Source of the DNA: Promethearchaeota archaeon
GTDB lineage: Archaea > Asgardarchaeota > Lokiarchaeia > Sigyniarchaeales > SOKP01
Direction of reading: 5' to 3'
DNA length: 64,000 nucleotides
Assembly: GCA_011364975.1 (NCBI GenBank)
Contig: RDOE01000001.1
Location: 48,707-112,706 of the forward strand
Shown: positions 18,421-28,310 of the stretch, piece by piece
Layout: every line of letters begins with the position of its first letter
Position numbering within the stretch: position 1 is the stretch's first letter
Made by a program: the position numbers and the translations under genes
The notes under the pieces: model-generated
Databases searched by the model: none
The model's input: only the letters and a program-made list of their open reading frames with translations
What the model was told of the DNA's origin: nothing

Positions 18421-19926
18421 ATGGAAAATTTAAAAGAACTAGGAGATCCTCAAGAATTTTGGGAATATATTTACGCTATATCCAAAATTCCACGATGTTC
18501 TGAACATGAGGAGCATATAAGGAATTTTGTCTTAAATGAGGCTGAAAAGATGGGTTTTGTTGCTGAAAGGGATGAAATTGGAAATATTGTAATAAGAGTT
18601 CCTTATCCCTCAGCTATCGAAAAAGCTACTCTAAAAGTTGTGTTACAATGCCATATGGACATGGTTTGCGAAAAAAATGAAGGACTTGACCATGATTTTT
18701 CTAAAGATCCTTTAAAATTAAAGTTAATTGAAATTGAAGGTGAAAAATGGTTAACTGCTGAAGGAACTACTCTCGGGGCGGATAATGGTGTAGGGATTGC
18801 ATACAATCTTGCTATTATGAAAAAAGTGTATGAAGGGAGTTTAGATCTAGGACCTCTTGATTTAGATTTATTATTCACAGTTGATGAAGAACAAGGGCTA
18901 ACTGGTGCTAGTAAAATGAATAAAGGCTTAATAAGCGGAAAGTATTTGTTAAACCTTGACTCTGAAGAAGATGATAAATTTACAATTGGTTGTGCTGGAG
19001 GTAGAGTTTTTACAATTGAAACTAAGCTCGAAGAAGAACAACTAATTGAGATTCAAGAAAGTCTAACAGGGATGAGAATTGATATTTTTGGACTGATTGG
19101 AGGACATTCAGGTACTGATATCAATAAAAGAAGAGGAAATGCAATAAAAATATTAGTAGAGATCTTATGGAAACTCAATACCAAATTTTCAATTTATATC
19201 CAATCATTAGAGGGTGGAAATAAATCTAATGCTATTCCAAGAGAAACTCATGCTATTTTATATATTAACAAAGCACAATCTACTAAAATAAAAGAGTTTA
19301 TTGAGGAGATTTTCTCGAATATTAAAAAATTATATTTTGGCACTGAATCAAACTTAGCTATATCTATTGAAGAATTAGATGAAATTGATGGAACAACGGT
19401 GTTCAGTAAGCAATTCCAACTTAAATTCATAAATATTTTACATCTAATGCCGAATGGCCCTGTTTACTTACATCCTACTAGTAATGGATTAGTACATACT
19501 TCTTTAAATTTAGCTTCTATTCATACTTTAGAAAATTCTATAAAAATACAAATTAGCACTCGAAGTTTAACCGAGTATGATAAGGATGTGTTATTTGAAA
19601 AAGTTCAAACACTTTTAGGATTATCTCACTTAGATGCAAATATAATTATTAATACAGTATATCCTTCCTGGCCTCCAAATTTTCAATCTGAACTGGTAAA
19701 AAAATCAAAAAAGATATACTATGAAATCTTTAATGAAGAAGTTACAATCCAAGCGATTCACGCGGGATTGGAATGTGCATATTTTGCGGATTATTTTCCA
19801 AAAATGGAAATGATCTCACTTGGTCCAAATGTAATTGGAAATCATTCTCCAGATGAAAGATTGAATGTTCAAAGTGTGGTAAAAGTATGGAAATATTTGA
19901 TAGCGTTATTAAAAAACTTGATTTGA
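18421..19926 (+). CDS. pepD: Aminoacyl-histidine dipeptidase (M20C)
   Basis: IPRCSEHE, QCHMDMVCEK, TTLGADNGVG, DEEQG, GGHSG, IHAGLEC, HSPDE. Confidence 0.95.
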   Translation: MENLKELGDPQEFWEYIYAISKIPRCSEHEEHIRNFVLNEAEKMGFVAERDEIGNIVIRVPYPSAIEKATLKVVLQCHMDMVCEKNEGLDHDFSKDPLKLKLIEIEGEKWLTAEGTTLGADNGVGIAYNLAIMKKVYEGSLDLGPLDLDLLFTVDEEQGLTGASKMNKGLISGKYLLNLDSEEDDKFTIGCAGGRVFTIETKLEEEQLIEIQESLTGMRIDIFGLIGGHSGTDINKRRGNAIKILVEILWKLNTKFSIYIQSLEGGNKSNAIPRETHAILYINKAQSTKIKEFIEEIFSNIKKLYFGTESNLAISIEELDEIDGTTVFSKQFQLKFINILHLMPNGPVYLHPTSNGLVHTSLNLASIHTLENSIKIQISTRSLTEYDKDVLFEKVQTLLGLSHLDANIIINTVYPSWPPNFQSELVKKSKKIYYEIFNEEVTIQAIHAGLECAYFADYFPKMEMISLGPNVIGNHSPDERLNVQSVVKVWKYLIALLKNLI

Positions 19927-20013
19927 ATTTCTAACAACATTTTCTTTTCAAGAAAAAAATTTTAATGCTAAAAAAGTTTATAGAATTAAGAGGAAAAAAT
20001 ATTTAAAATTATT

Positions 20014-20529
20014 ATGCAGAAACAAACATCAAATAAAGAAGAAGTAAGTGGATCAGAAACGATCTTTGAAAAAATAAAGGATAAAACACCTTGGATTTTT
20101 GGAAAAACCTTAAAAAAACCAAAAATTTTATTTCCTAGAATGAATAGAGGGAAAATGGATATCCCGTTACCAGGTAAATCTATAGCTGTGATTGCTGTTT
20201 ATGTTGTATTGTTTCTTCTCCAAACAGGGATCGTTTATTTAATTTATCGTGATCCTCCTGCGTTAGGAGCAGATCCTACTACAGGTGATCCCCTTTTTCT
20301 CTATCCTGATATTAATGAATCATTTATTATCGAAGGAATTGTAGCTTCAATATTTATATTTCTTTGTTCTGCAGGATTTATAATGCTATATCAAGCATCT
20401 AAATATGTGTACAATAAAGCTATAGCAATAAGAATTTTGGTTGTGGGAATAGTTTTGATCTTAGCTGCTTTTGGAGCTTTACAAGCAATGACGAGTATAA
20501 AATTGGGTGAAAGACTCTTCAACATCTAA
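20014..20529 (+). CDS. Oligosaccharyltransferase subunit, OSTC/DC2 (OST3/OST6-family)-like
   Basis: Three TM helices; GIVY..PPALG..FIIEGIVAS..GFIML..IKL matches the recalled OSTC pattern. Confidence 0.8.
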   Translation: MQKQTSNKEEVSGSETIFEKIKDKTPWIFGKTLKKPKILFPRMNRGKMDIPLPGKSIAVIAVYVVLFLLQTGIVYLIYRDPPALGADPTTGDPLFLYPDINESFIIEGIVASIFIFLCSAGFIMLYQASKYVYNKAIAIRILVVGIVLILAAFGALQAMTSIKLGERLFNI

Positions 20530-20674
20530 TTTTTGACTTTGTTCTCTTTTTAATATAAAGTTAGATATTTTTATCTAAAATAGTGTAAGGAGTAAATCTT
20601 AATTTGATAAGATGGGTCGAGAAATAAAAAAAAAGAAAAAATTGGTATTTCACTAAAAAAAATTTGAATGATTT

Positions 20675-21076
20675 TTAACCTAATGTTGCAATATACTTCT
20701 CATAATCTGATTTAGAAAGTAAATTACCTTTTTCAGATCCCCAATTCGAGGGTTCAATTTTATAGAGCCAAGCCGCAAAAGCATCTTCATTTATTTTTTC
20801 TGGTTCATCCATTAAGGCGCTATTGATTTCAGTTACATTACCGCTAACGGGGGAATAGATGTCTCCAACCGCTTTTGAGGATTCTACAGTCGCATCTATT
20901 GGATCTGAAGTTGGTTCATCGCCATCCATAGTTATTTGTTCGAGAGTTGCACCATCAAGAGCATCTAAATCAACAAAACTTATTTCTCCCAGCTGCTCAG
21001 CAGCATAAGGAGTAAGTCCTACCGCAAATGTTTCATCATCAAACCATTGATGAGTTTTTGTAAACCATTTCGCCAT
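20675..21076 (-). CDS. gcvH: Glycine cleavage system H protein (lipoyl carrier)
   Basis: FTKTHQW, VGLTPYAAEQLG, lipoyl-Lys motif VESSKAVGDIYSPVSG, PEKINED. Confidence 0.93.
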   Translation of the reverse strand: MAKWFTKTHQWFDDETFAVGLTPYAAEQLGEISFVDLDALDGATLEQITMDGDEPTSDPIDATVESSKAVGDIYSPVSGNVTEINSALMDEPEKINEDAFAAWLYKIEPSNWGSEKGNLLSKSDYEKYIATLG

Positions 21077-21209
21077 AAATTATCCATCTCTTTCTGATTA
21101 ATTTTAAAATTATTAAATAATTGAATTTATGTGAATAATAGAATTAATTATATCAATAATATAAAATTTTTTTATTAAATTAAATCTCATTAAACAATTT
21201 TTCAAAGGT

Positions 21210-22043
21210 ATGGTCCAAAATAATATCGAAAAATTAAATTTTTATCCTCAATTTAAGAAATGGTATTTCAAAATATTACGAGCCTTTAAATTTGATTATC
21301 AAGACGATATTCGTGCCGCTGAAATTTTATCAGAAATACTTAATGAAAAAAGTAAGTTCTGGAATCCGTTGGAGGTGTTTAATTCGTTTCAGAATTATAT
21401 TCAATCGAAAAAAATGTTATTTATTTATGGATGTGGACCTAGCCTTGAAAAGACAGTAATAAAACTAAGAAAAGTTTTAGGGGACAATTTTTTTTCTAAT
21501 GTAATAAATTTCGCGGCAGATGGTGCTTCAGTATTTTTAAGAGAGAATCAAATTCCTCTTGATGCAATTTTTACTGATTTAGATGGGATCTCAAAAAGGG
21601 AGTTTGAATTAGCGCAATATGTAGTTATACATGCTCATGGAGATAATATCGATAAAATTATTAAATTTAAGGATGAAATTCTTAAATTCAAAAACCTAAT
21701 AGGTACTGTACAAGTAAACCCAACAAATATTACAATAAATCTTGGAGGATTCACTGATGGAGATAGAATTCTCTTCTTTTTAAGACCTTTATTATTACCT
21801 TATCATAAAATATTCTTAATCGGTATGGACTTCAATAGTTGGGTAGGAAAATATTCTAAACCTGAATATAAAAAGATTCAAAAAGCAACAAGTATAAAAC
21901 GAAAGAAGCTTAAATATGCCTTAAAATTATTAAAATGGCTTCAAGGGTTAATTAAAAACGAATTAATTTTTATAAATTCAAACTTAAAATCAAAAAAGTT
22001 TAGAAATATATCAATTGAAGAATTTATTAAATCTTGGAGTTAA
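21210..22043 (+). CDS. mptE: 6-hydroxymethylpterin diphosphokinase MptE-like (DUF115)
   Basis: GCGPSL, AADGA, TDLDG, HAHGDN, GGFTDGDR, GMDF, GKYSK. Confidence 0.88.
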   Translation: MVQNNIEKLNFYPQFKKWYFKILRAFKFDYQDDIRAAEILSEILNEKSKFWNPLEVFNSFQNYIQSKKMLFIYGCGPSLEKTVIKLRKVLGDNFFSNVINFAADGASVFLRENQIPLDAIFTDLDGISKREFELAQYVVIHAHGDNIDKIIKFKDEILKFKNLIGTVQVNPTNITINLGGFTDGDRILFFLRPLLLPYHKIFLIGMDFNSWVGKYSKPEYKKIQKATSIKRKKLKYALKLLKWLQGLIKNELIFINSNLKSKKFRNISIEEFIKSWS

Positions 22044-22055
22044 TTAAGATATTAT

Positions 22056-22853
22056 TTAAATTTTGTAATCTTTAACACCACTTTTGGTTATTTTATATAA
22101 TACTTTTTTTTCTGGAAACATGGAAGATTTAACATAATGAATATACCCTTTGTCTTCTTCTTTATAACTTAAATATAGAAACTCTGAAAAGAAATGATTT
22201 AAAAATTGTTGACCAACAGGAATTTCTTTAATATTCGAATCTGCTGAGAAACTAGGAGATATTTGAGCCGTCAAAAGTGTTATTAAATTATATTTATTAG
22301 TAAGATTATTAACTTGTTCCAAGATACCATAAAAAAGAGATTTAGTTTGATAATTTGAAAAATGTTTGCTACCAATATCCAATCTATAATAGTTATTTAT
22401 TGAGTCAATTATTAGTAATTGAATCTTATGACTAATTATAATATTTTCTAACTCATTTAATTTTAGTTGTAATGCATTATTACTTAGAATTTTTGATACT
22501 AAAATATTTTTTAAAACATCTTCACTTTTAAGGTTTCTAGTTAATGATAATTCGTTAACTCTTTCGGGGCGAAAAGTATTTTCAGTATCTAAAAAAACTG
22601 ACTTAATAGAATTATAATAAGCTTGAACACAAATATGGTGACAGATTTGTGTTTTACCGGTCTTATTTGCACCAAAGATTATATATGAATTTTGAGGATA
22701 AAATCCTCCGTTAAGAACATTATCAATATTTTTTGATCCAAACTTGATATAAGGTATATGTTCTTCATTTTTTTGGATATTATTGAGCATAATTTTTTCA
22801 GTATATACTTGAGTATGCTTCAAATCACGTAAAAAAACATTATTGTAATTCAT
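22056..22853 (-). CDS. RadA/Rad51 paralogue (core ATPase only)
   Basis: IDNVLNGG, Walker A GANKTGKTQ, DTENTFRPER, Walker B LLIIDS; alternative start at 22790. Confidence 0.88.
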   Translation of the reverse strand: MNYNNVFLRDLKHTQVYTEKIMLNNIQKNEEHIPYIKFGSKNIDNVLNGGFYPQNSYIIFGANKTGKTQICHHICVQAYYNSIKSVFLDTENTFRPERVNELSLTRNLKSEDVLKNILVSKILSNNALQLKLNELENIIISHKIQLLIIDSINNYYRLDIGSKHFSNYQTKSLFYGILEQVNNLTNKYNLITLLTAQISPSFSADSNIKEIPVGQQFLNHFFSEFLYLSYKEEDKGYIHYVKSSMFPEKKVLYKITKSGVKDYKI

Positions 22854-23045
22854 TTTATATTACAATCTTAATTTTTCCTTTTTCCTATTTTAAATATAGG
22901 TTAATGATTATTAAAATATTAAAGATAGATCAATAGACTAAATTTAAATAGAAAAATTAATTTTAGAGTAATTCTAAAATAATAATTATAGTATTGTTCA
23001 ATTATTAATTTAAATTTTCTAAATAAAATTTAATAACTTTTAAAA

Positions 23046-23657
23046 ATGGCAAAAAAAAAGAAGGAAGTCTGTCCTTATTGTGGAAATAGTTTTGCTTATC
23101 TAAGTCGCCATAAATGTAAAGTAAAAGATAGAGTTGAAGGTTCAGAAGATTCTGATAAATCAGACGTAGAACGAAGAGAAGAACGGAGAGAGGAAAGAAA
23201 AAAAGAAGAAGGACGAAATCTTCGAAGAAGTGAAAAAACGGTATTAGATATTATTTCTAAAGAAAAGGAAGTTTATTTTGAAGATTTATTAAATTTAACT
23301 AATTTAAATCTTATCGAGCTTGATAAAATATTAGATGTTTTAGAACTTCAATCAAAAATAAAAGTAAATCGAGAATTAATAGATGCCTCATGGACAAAGC
23401 ATATTTCATTAATCGAAGAGATTAATGTAGATGTTAAAGATCTTAAAATAGATCCTAATAAAATAGATTTCATTTTAGATATTTTCTCATATCAACCGTG
23501 CTTAACTTGCCCTTTTTCAAGTAAATGCAATGATACAAATGTGGATCAATTTAATCCTCACCATTGTATATGGCTTTCAGAATGGATTAATGAGGCCCTA
23601 GAAGGAAGAGTTTATAGAGTAAATTTTGATGAAATTCAAACAGAATTAGTAGAATAA
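23046..23657 (+). CDS. RPC34/hRPC39-like (TFE-beta-type) winged-helix + Fe-S protein with N-terminal zinc finger
   Basis: Central wHTH-like segment; C-terminal PCLTCP...C...NPHHCIWLSEW; N-terminal CPYC..HKC. Confidence 0.75.
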   Translation: MAKKKKEVCPYCGNSFAYLSRHKCKVKDRVEGSEDSDKSDVERREERREERKKEEGRNLRRSEKTVLDIISKEKEVYFEDLLNLTNLNLIELDKILDVLELQSKIKVNRELIDASWTKHISLIEEINVDVKDLKIDPNKIDFILDIFSYQPCLTCPFSSKCNDTNVDQFNPHHCIWLSEWINEALEGRVYRVNFDEIQTELVE

Positions 23658-24293
23658 TTATTTTTTTTTTAAGCCTATAAGATAAATCTCATTACTTTTT
23701 TTATTTGAAGCCCTAGGTTTAAAGCTTTTCACAATTACAAAAGTTTCTTTCATTTTTTTGAAGAAGTTGTCAAAATCAGCACCCTGAAATAATTTAACCA
23801 CTAAGCTTCCTCTAACTCTTAAATATTTAGAGAGTTTAATAATTTCAAGACATAAATTTACCTGTCTTGATTGATCACTGAACTTATTACCAGATTTATT
23901 GATACTTGCGTCAGAAATTATCAGATCAATCTGGTTTTCATTAAAATATGTTTCAATCTCATTTTTAAATTGAGGATTAGTTAAATCCATCTTTATTACT
24001 TTAATACCCTCAATAGGAGTTATATTCTTTGTATCCACTCCCATTATTTTATAATGATCTCTATGATAGTATTGATCTTTATATCTCCCAATATTGTCTT
24101 CGGCATATTTTTTAGCAACCTGTAACCATGATCCGGGAGCACTACCTAAATCTAATATATAAAAAGACCTTTTAAAAATATTAAATCTATTTTGTAAATC
24201 TATAAGTTTATAAGCAGAGCGTGCTCTATAACCTTCTTTCTTAGCTTTATTATAATGGTATTCTTGTCCATGTTCTTGAGGATTTTTTGACAT
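23658..24293 (-). CDS. rlmE: 23S rRNA 2'-O-methyltransferase RlmE/FtsJ
   Basis: AKKEGYRARSAYKL, LDLGSAPGSWLQV, ISDA, VKLFQG, KPRAS..SNEIY. Confidence 0.95.
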   Translation of the reverse strand: MSKNPQEHGQEYHYNKAKKEGYRARSAYKLIDLQNRFNIFKRSFYILDLGSAPGSWLQVAKKYAEDNIGRYKDQYYHRDHYKIMGVDTKNITPIEGIKVIKMDLTNPQFKNEIETYFNENQIDLIISDASINKSGNKFSDQSRQVNLCLEIIKLSKYLRVRGSLVVKLFQGADFDNFFKKMKETFVIVKSFKPRASNKKSNEIYLIGLKKK

Positions 24294-24302
24294 TTTTAAC
24301 TA

Positions 24303-25532
24303 TTATTTAAAATGATTGGTATGAAATAAATTCTTTAAATCAAAGATATTTAAGTTTGTTTTAATCGATGTGAAATCAAAATGAGTCCGTGAGGCTTGAT
24401 ATCCTAAATTTCTAATGCCTTCAATTATATTTTCTAATTTCGGTACTACCTTTATTTTAAGCTCCTTACATAATTTATGGACATTATAATAAGAAAAGGG
24501 CATATTAATCTCTTCTCCTATGTAATTTAGAATTTTAGCCAATCTTTTTTTATTTGGCAGATTTAACTCTTGATTTAATTCTGATATCAATTCTATAAAT
24601 TCTTTTTGATGAATCTCTCCGACCCATAAAGGACCCGCATAAGATATATCATTTTGAGAATTACAACATAAGCATTCCAATTCGGTGTTAATAATATTAT
24701 AATTTAGGATTCTTCGAAATCCACATTTATTACAATGAATGATATAACCATAATTATCAAAAGATTCATTAATTTTTTTGATGTTTTTAAAAGTTAAACA
24801 GAAAATGCGTATGAAATGTTGGGAATAGAAGGTTAATAGGGGAATTATTCCTAATCTATTTACATTAGCTATTCTTGCTGTAAAATGTAGTAAAATTCTT
24901 GCCCCAATTTCTTTAGAATACTCATTGTAAAGCGATTTTGATAAATATTTACGAAAGCATGCATCCGGTTTAATTCCAAACAAAACTGCTGTGTCAGTAG
25001 CAGTTATACAAATAAGACTCATGCTTTTTTTGAGTGCTTTAAATGCTGCATCAAGATATATATTTGGTGTCCCAAATGGATCAATTGAAATAACGTCTGC
25101 TTTCCCCGAATTATCTGATTTTAACATGTGGTTCTGATTAATTTCTGAAAATAAGAAATTGGCATCTTTATTTGATATAACAATCTCTATATTTGAATTA
25201 TTTAATTGATTTAGATGTAAATTCTTTTCTATTAGATTTAGAGTAATTGGATTCATATCATTTATGTAAATTTTCTTAATTCCTTTACATTCTAATGATA
25301 TTCTTATTGATCCGATTCCTGAAGCAGCCATAGAATCAACTATAGTTATTGGTTTTTGATTGTATAAGTTTTGATAAGCCAACAAAGATAAAATAGTTAT
25401 ATCTCTATTTATTATCATTCTTTTGTTATAAAATACATTCATAGATTTGGAAGGAATTTGTTCTGCATCATTCTTATGAATATAAAAATTGGCTAATCCT
25501 TCCTTTATTTTAATATAGTTTTGATTATCCAT
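24303..25532 (-). CDS. trm1: tRNA (guanine-26 N2)-dimethyltransferase
   Basis: VFYNKRMIINRD, ASGIGSIR, IDPFGTP, ITATDTA, GPLW, SRTHF; ATG 25532 preferred. Confidence 0.95.
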   Translation of the reverse strand: MDNQNYIKIKEGLANFYIHKNDAEQIPSKSMNVFYNKRMIINRDITILSLLAYQNLYNQKPITIVDSMAASGIGSIRISLECKGIKKIYINDMNPITLNLIEKNLHLNQLNNSNIEIVISNKDANFLFSEINQNHMLKSDNSGKADVISIDPFGTPNIYLDAAFKALKKSMSLICITATDTAVLFGIKPDACFRKYLSKSLYNEYSKEIGARILLHFTARIANVNRLGIIPLLTFYSQHFIRIFCLTFKNIKKINESFDNYGYIIHCNKCGFRRILNYNIINTELECLCCNSQNDISYAGPLWVGEIHQKEFIELISELNQELNLPNKKRLAKILNYIGEEINMPFSYYNVHKLCKELKIKVVPKLENIIEGIRNLGYQASRTHFDFTSIKTNLNIFDLKNLFHTNHFK

Positions 25533-25583
25533 AGTTTTGAGATCAATATATGAAATTCTAAAAATCAATAATTAATTTAATCT

Positions 25584-26570
25584 TTATAATTTTAAAAAGA
25601 GGCCAACTGCTTTCTTGTTGCCGAGTAGTCCTCCACAAGTCTGAGTATGAATTTTTGAAACATTAAATTTTGTTAATAATTCTACGTCATTTATGTATTT
25701 CACATTATCTTGTTCTTCAATTATAAAAAATTCACCACCGAGTGTTTTTATAATAAAAGCTAATGGTAGCCACTCATAGTAGAGTCTTATTTTTGCTTTT
25801 CCATTCTGTAAAAAATAAGAATAAATTCCACCATAATTTATTATGGCATGGAAATCACCTACGAAACTTCCACTATACCTATCTTTAAATTGTTTTTTAA
25901 TTAACTGTTGTTCATATTCTTGACATTTCTGACTCCATAATCGTGAATCTCCTCCTAAACATCTTATTCCTCCTTGAGCAATATCGGGTAAAGATTTTAA
26001 TTCTTGAAAGACATAGTGATAAAATGTCATACTATAAGGGGAATTATCAAGAATGAATTCTGCTACTATTTCATTTATTGCTAAAATCAAGTTAGTAAAA
26101 ATACCATACAGTACGTAAAAACTACATATTATTTGTCCTTGTTCATTATAGATGCCGACAATCGTTCCAACGGTCCTATTAACTTTAACATTCGATGATC
26201 CATCAACTGGGTCTACTGAAATACCAAATTTACCATCTCCTAATACTGGTTCTGCCTCTTCAGAAGCAATAAACAGAAAGTCATTATCACTCTCTTGAAG
26301 AGCTTTCAGTATTATACTGTGAGTTAAAATATCTTCATGAATTTGCTCTTCTTCATAAATATTCTTTCCTTTTTCACTTGTCTTTTTAATGTTCATTCTA
26401 TGTTCAATTTCTCGTGAAGTAATACCTCGTTCTAATAATCCTCGAATAGGAATAGTTGCTTCGGCAATTGTTTCAATAATATTAATCAAGGAATTTCTAT
26501 ACGCTATCTTTTGGGGGACATTTTTATCTAACCACTTTGATAATTTAACTTTTTCACTAGTTTGAGGCAT
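25584..26570 (-). CDS. fbp: Class I fructose-1,6-bisphosphatase
   Basis: ASEE, DPVDGSSN..TVGTI, RYSGSFVGD, GGIY, KIRLYYE..PLAF. Confidence 0.88.
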   Translation of the reverse strand: MPQTSEKVKLSKWLDKNVPQKIAYRNSLINIIETIAEATIPIRGLLERGITSREIEHRMNIKKTSEKGKNIYEEEQIHEDILTHSIILKALQESDNDFLFIASEEAEPVLGDGKFGISVDPVDGSSNVKVNRTVGTIVGIYNEQGQIICSFYVLYGIFTNLILAINEIVAEFILDNSPYSMTFYHYVFQELKSLPDIAQGGIRCLGGDSRLWSQKCQEYEQQLIKKQFKDRYSGSFVGDFHAIINYGGIYSYFLQNGKAKIRLYYEWLPLAFIIKTLGGEFFIIEEQDNVKYINDVELLTKFNVSKIHTQTCGGLLGNKKAVGLFLKL

Positions 26571-26720
26571 CTTATTATTTCATTTAAGTAAGTAATTTTA
26601 ATTCAAAAATTATCATTTAGTATTATATAATATTCAAACCTATTTCTAATTTTTATATGGAAATTTACAAACCGAAATCTCTCAAAATCTTTAACCTTAG
26701 AACTAATAATTACCACTTTT

Positions 26721-27410
26721 TTAATTATTAAAACCATTAGAACGAAGAGTTTGCGTAAATTCATCTTTAGAATGGTTATTTTTATCAAAAAGAATAAATT
26801 TTCGTTCATTGAGCCTGTTAGTTCTTTCAATTTTCATAGAATGGGGCACCCAGTAATCCATTACGTTTCCACCAGCCTCAACTTGTATTATTTCACCATC
26901 AACTGATTTCTTACTCATTTCATTAATAATGACTATATTAATTCCATAATTTTTATTCAAATAAGCAAGATTACCTAAAATCGTATTCAACTTATAATTT
27001 AAAATGAAGTTTTTATCTTTTTTTTCTTGGTTTAATTCTAATCGATACAAATCAGTAAGTGAATCGATTAGGATTAAGTTGATTTGTTTATCCTTGCTTT
27101 TATTATTCTGAAGTACATAAAATTCTAAATTAAAGGAAAGTTGATAAAGATCATTAAAATCAATAGAATTAATCAATAATATCTCTGATAATACTTCTTT
27201 TAGTTGTTGTCCGAATACATTTTTAATTTTCATAAAAGGAAGATTAGGTTTACTATAGATAAAAATACTTTTATAATTGTTTATTTTATTTTGGAGTAAA
27301 AGTTGTAAGGATAATATCGTTTTTCCTACTCCAAAATCGCCCCAAATTGAAAAAATTCTCTGGTTTCCTTTTTGGATTCCAATAAGATTTTGAAAAATTT
27401 TTTGGAGCAT
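26721..27410 (-). CDS. RadB-like RecA-superfamily ATPase
   Basis: Walker A GDFGVGKT, Walker B LILIDSLTDLYR, IINE, AGGNVMDYW. Confidence 0.85.
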   Translation of the reverse strand: MLQKIFQNLIGIQKGNQRIFSIWGDFGVGKTILSLQLLLQNKINNYKSIFIYSKPNLPFMKIKNVFGQQLKEVLSEILLINSIDFNDLYQLSFNLEFYVLQNNKSKDKQINLILIDSLTDLYRLELNQEKKDKNFILNYKLNTILGNLAYLNKNYGINIVIINEMSKKSVDGEIIQVEAGGNVMDYWVPHSMKIERTNRLNERKFILFDKNNHSKDEFTQTLRSNGFNN

Positions 27411-27458
27411 AATTCTAAATACAAATTTTTAATTTTATCATTGATTTATATAATTAAT

Positions 27459-28310
27459 TTGAGTAAGAAACCTTTATATATCTTAACAGAGAATCTTAAT
27501 TTTTTTTATAGATTAAAAAAGGAACTAGATAGAAATAACATCAAATATAAGATTTTAAATATTGGAGGGAAGGTCCCAGCTTTTTCTTCAATCATTCTTT
27601 CCACTTTAGATGAAACTTCTTATTGTTATGATGAAATAAATGATCTTGTTGTGCTTCCTTATTCAAAAACTCAAAACTTTGAGCAATATATTTTACAAGT
27701 AGTTGCGGCCTATAGAATTGGTTATAAAGAACAGTATTCAAATGTGATGTTTTCGATTGATCCTGGTACTAAATATATTGGTGTTGCTACCTTCATAGAT
27801 GATTATTATTTAGAATCTCGTACATTTTATACCAAAGAAGATACAGTTGCATATATTAGAAAAATTTCAAATTTACTTCGATTTAGTGGTTCAAAACCAG
27901 TAGAACTTTATTTTAAATTTGGAAGTGGTGTTTTAGGACTAAGTTATGAGATCATTCAAGAGTTATTTTCTAAATTGAATAAGGAAGCCATAAAAAATGT
28001 CTACTTAGTAGATGAGATCAGTACTTCTAAGAATAGATTGACACTTAATAATAAAAAGGTTCCTAAACATGAATCAGCAGCAATCCAGCTTGCTTTAAGA
28101 GGGGGGTTAAAGATTAATGAGTCGAATTTTGATCAAATCTTTAAAAAGGTTAAATATGAGCAAATTAAGAACTTTTCTGTAAAAAAAGATTATTTTAACC
28201 GGTTGAAGGATCAAAATATCGATATTAAACTTATTGCTGAAAAAATATTGAATGGTAATTTATCTCTTAGTGAAGCAATGAACATCATTAATAGTTATTT
28301 TATAGAATAG
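27459..28310 (+). CDS. YqgF/RuvC-like RNase H-fold nuclease-domain protein
   Basis: SIDPGTKYIGVA, VDEISTS, HESAAIQLALR. In-frame TTG 27459 avoids the overlap with the RadB-like gene. Confidence 0.7.
   Translation: MSKKPLYILTENLNFFYRLKKELDRNNIKYKILNIGGKVPAFSSIILSTLDETSYCYDEINDLVVLPYSKTQNFEQYILQVVAAYRIGYKEQYSNVMFSIDPGTKYIGVATFIDDYYLESRTFYTKEDTVAYIRKISNLLRFSGSKPVELYFKFGSGVLGLSYEIIQELFSKLNKEAIKNVYLVDEISTSKNRLTLNNKKVPKHESAAIQLALRGGLKINESNFDQIFKKVKYEQIKNFSVKKDYFNRLKDQNIDIKLIAEKILNGNLSLSEAMNIINSYFIE

Noticed and set aside
26603-26830. 75-aa ORF overlapping the RadB-like gene end
   Set aside because: Out-of-frame overlap, low-complexity AT-driven composition, no motif.
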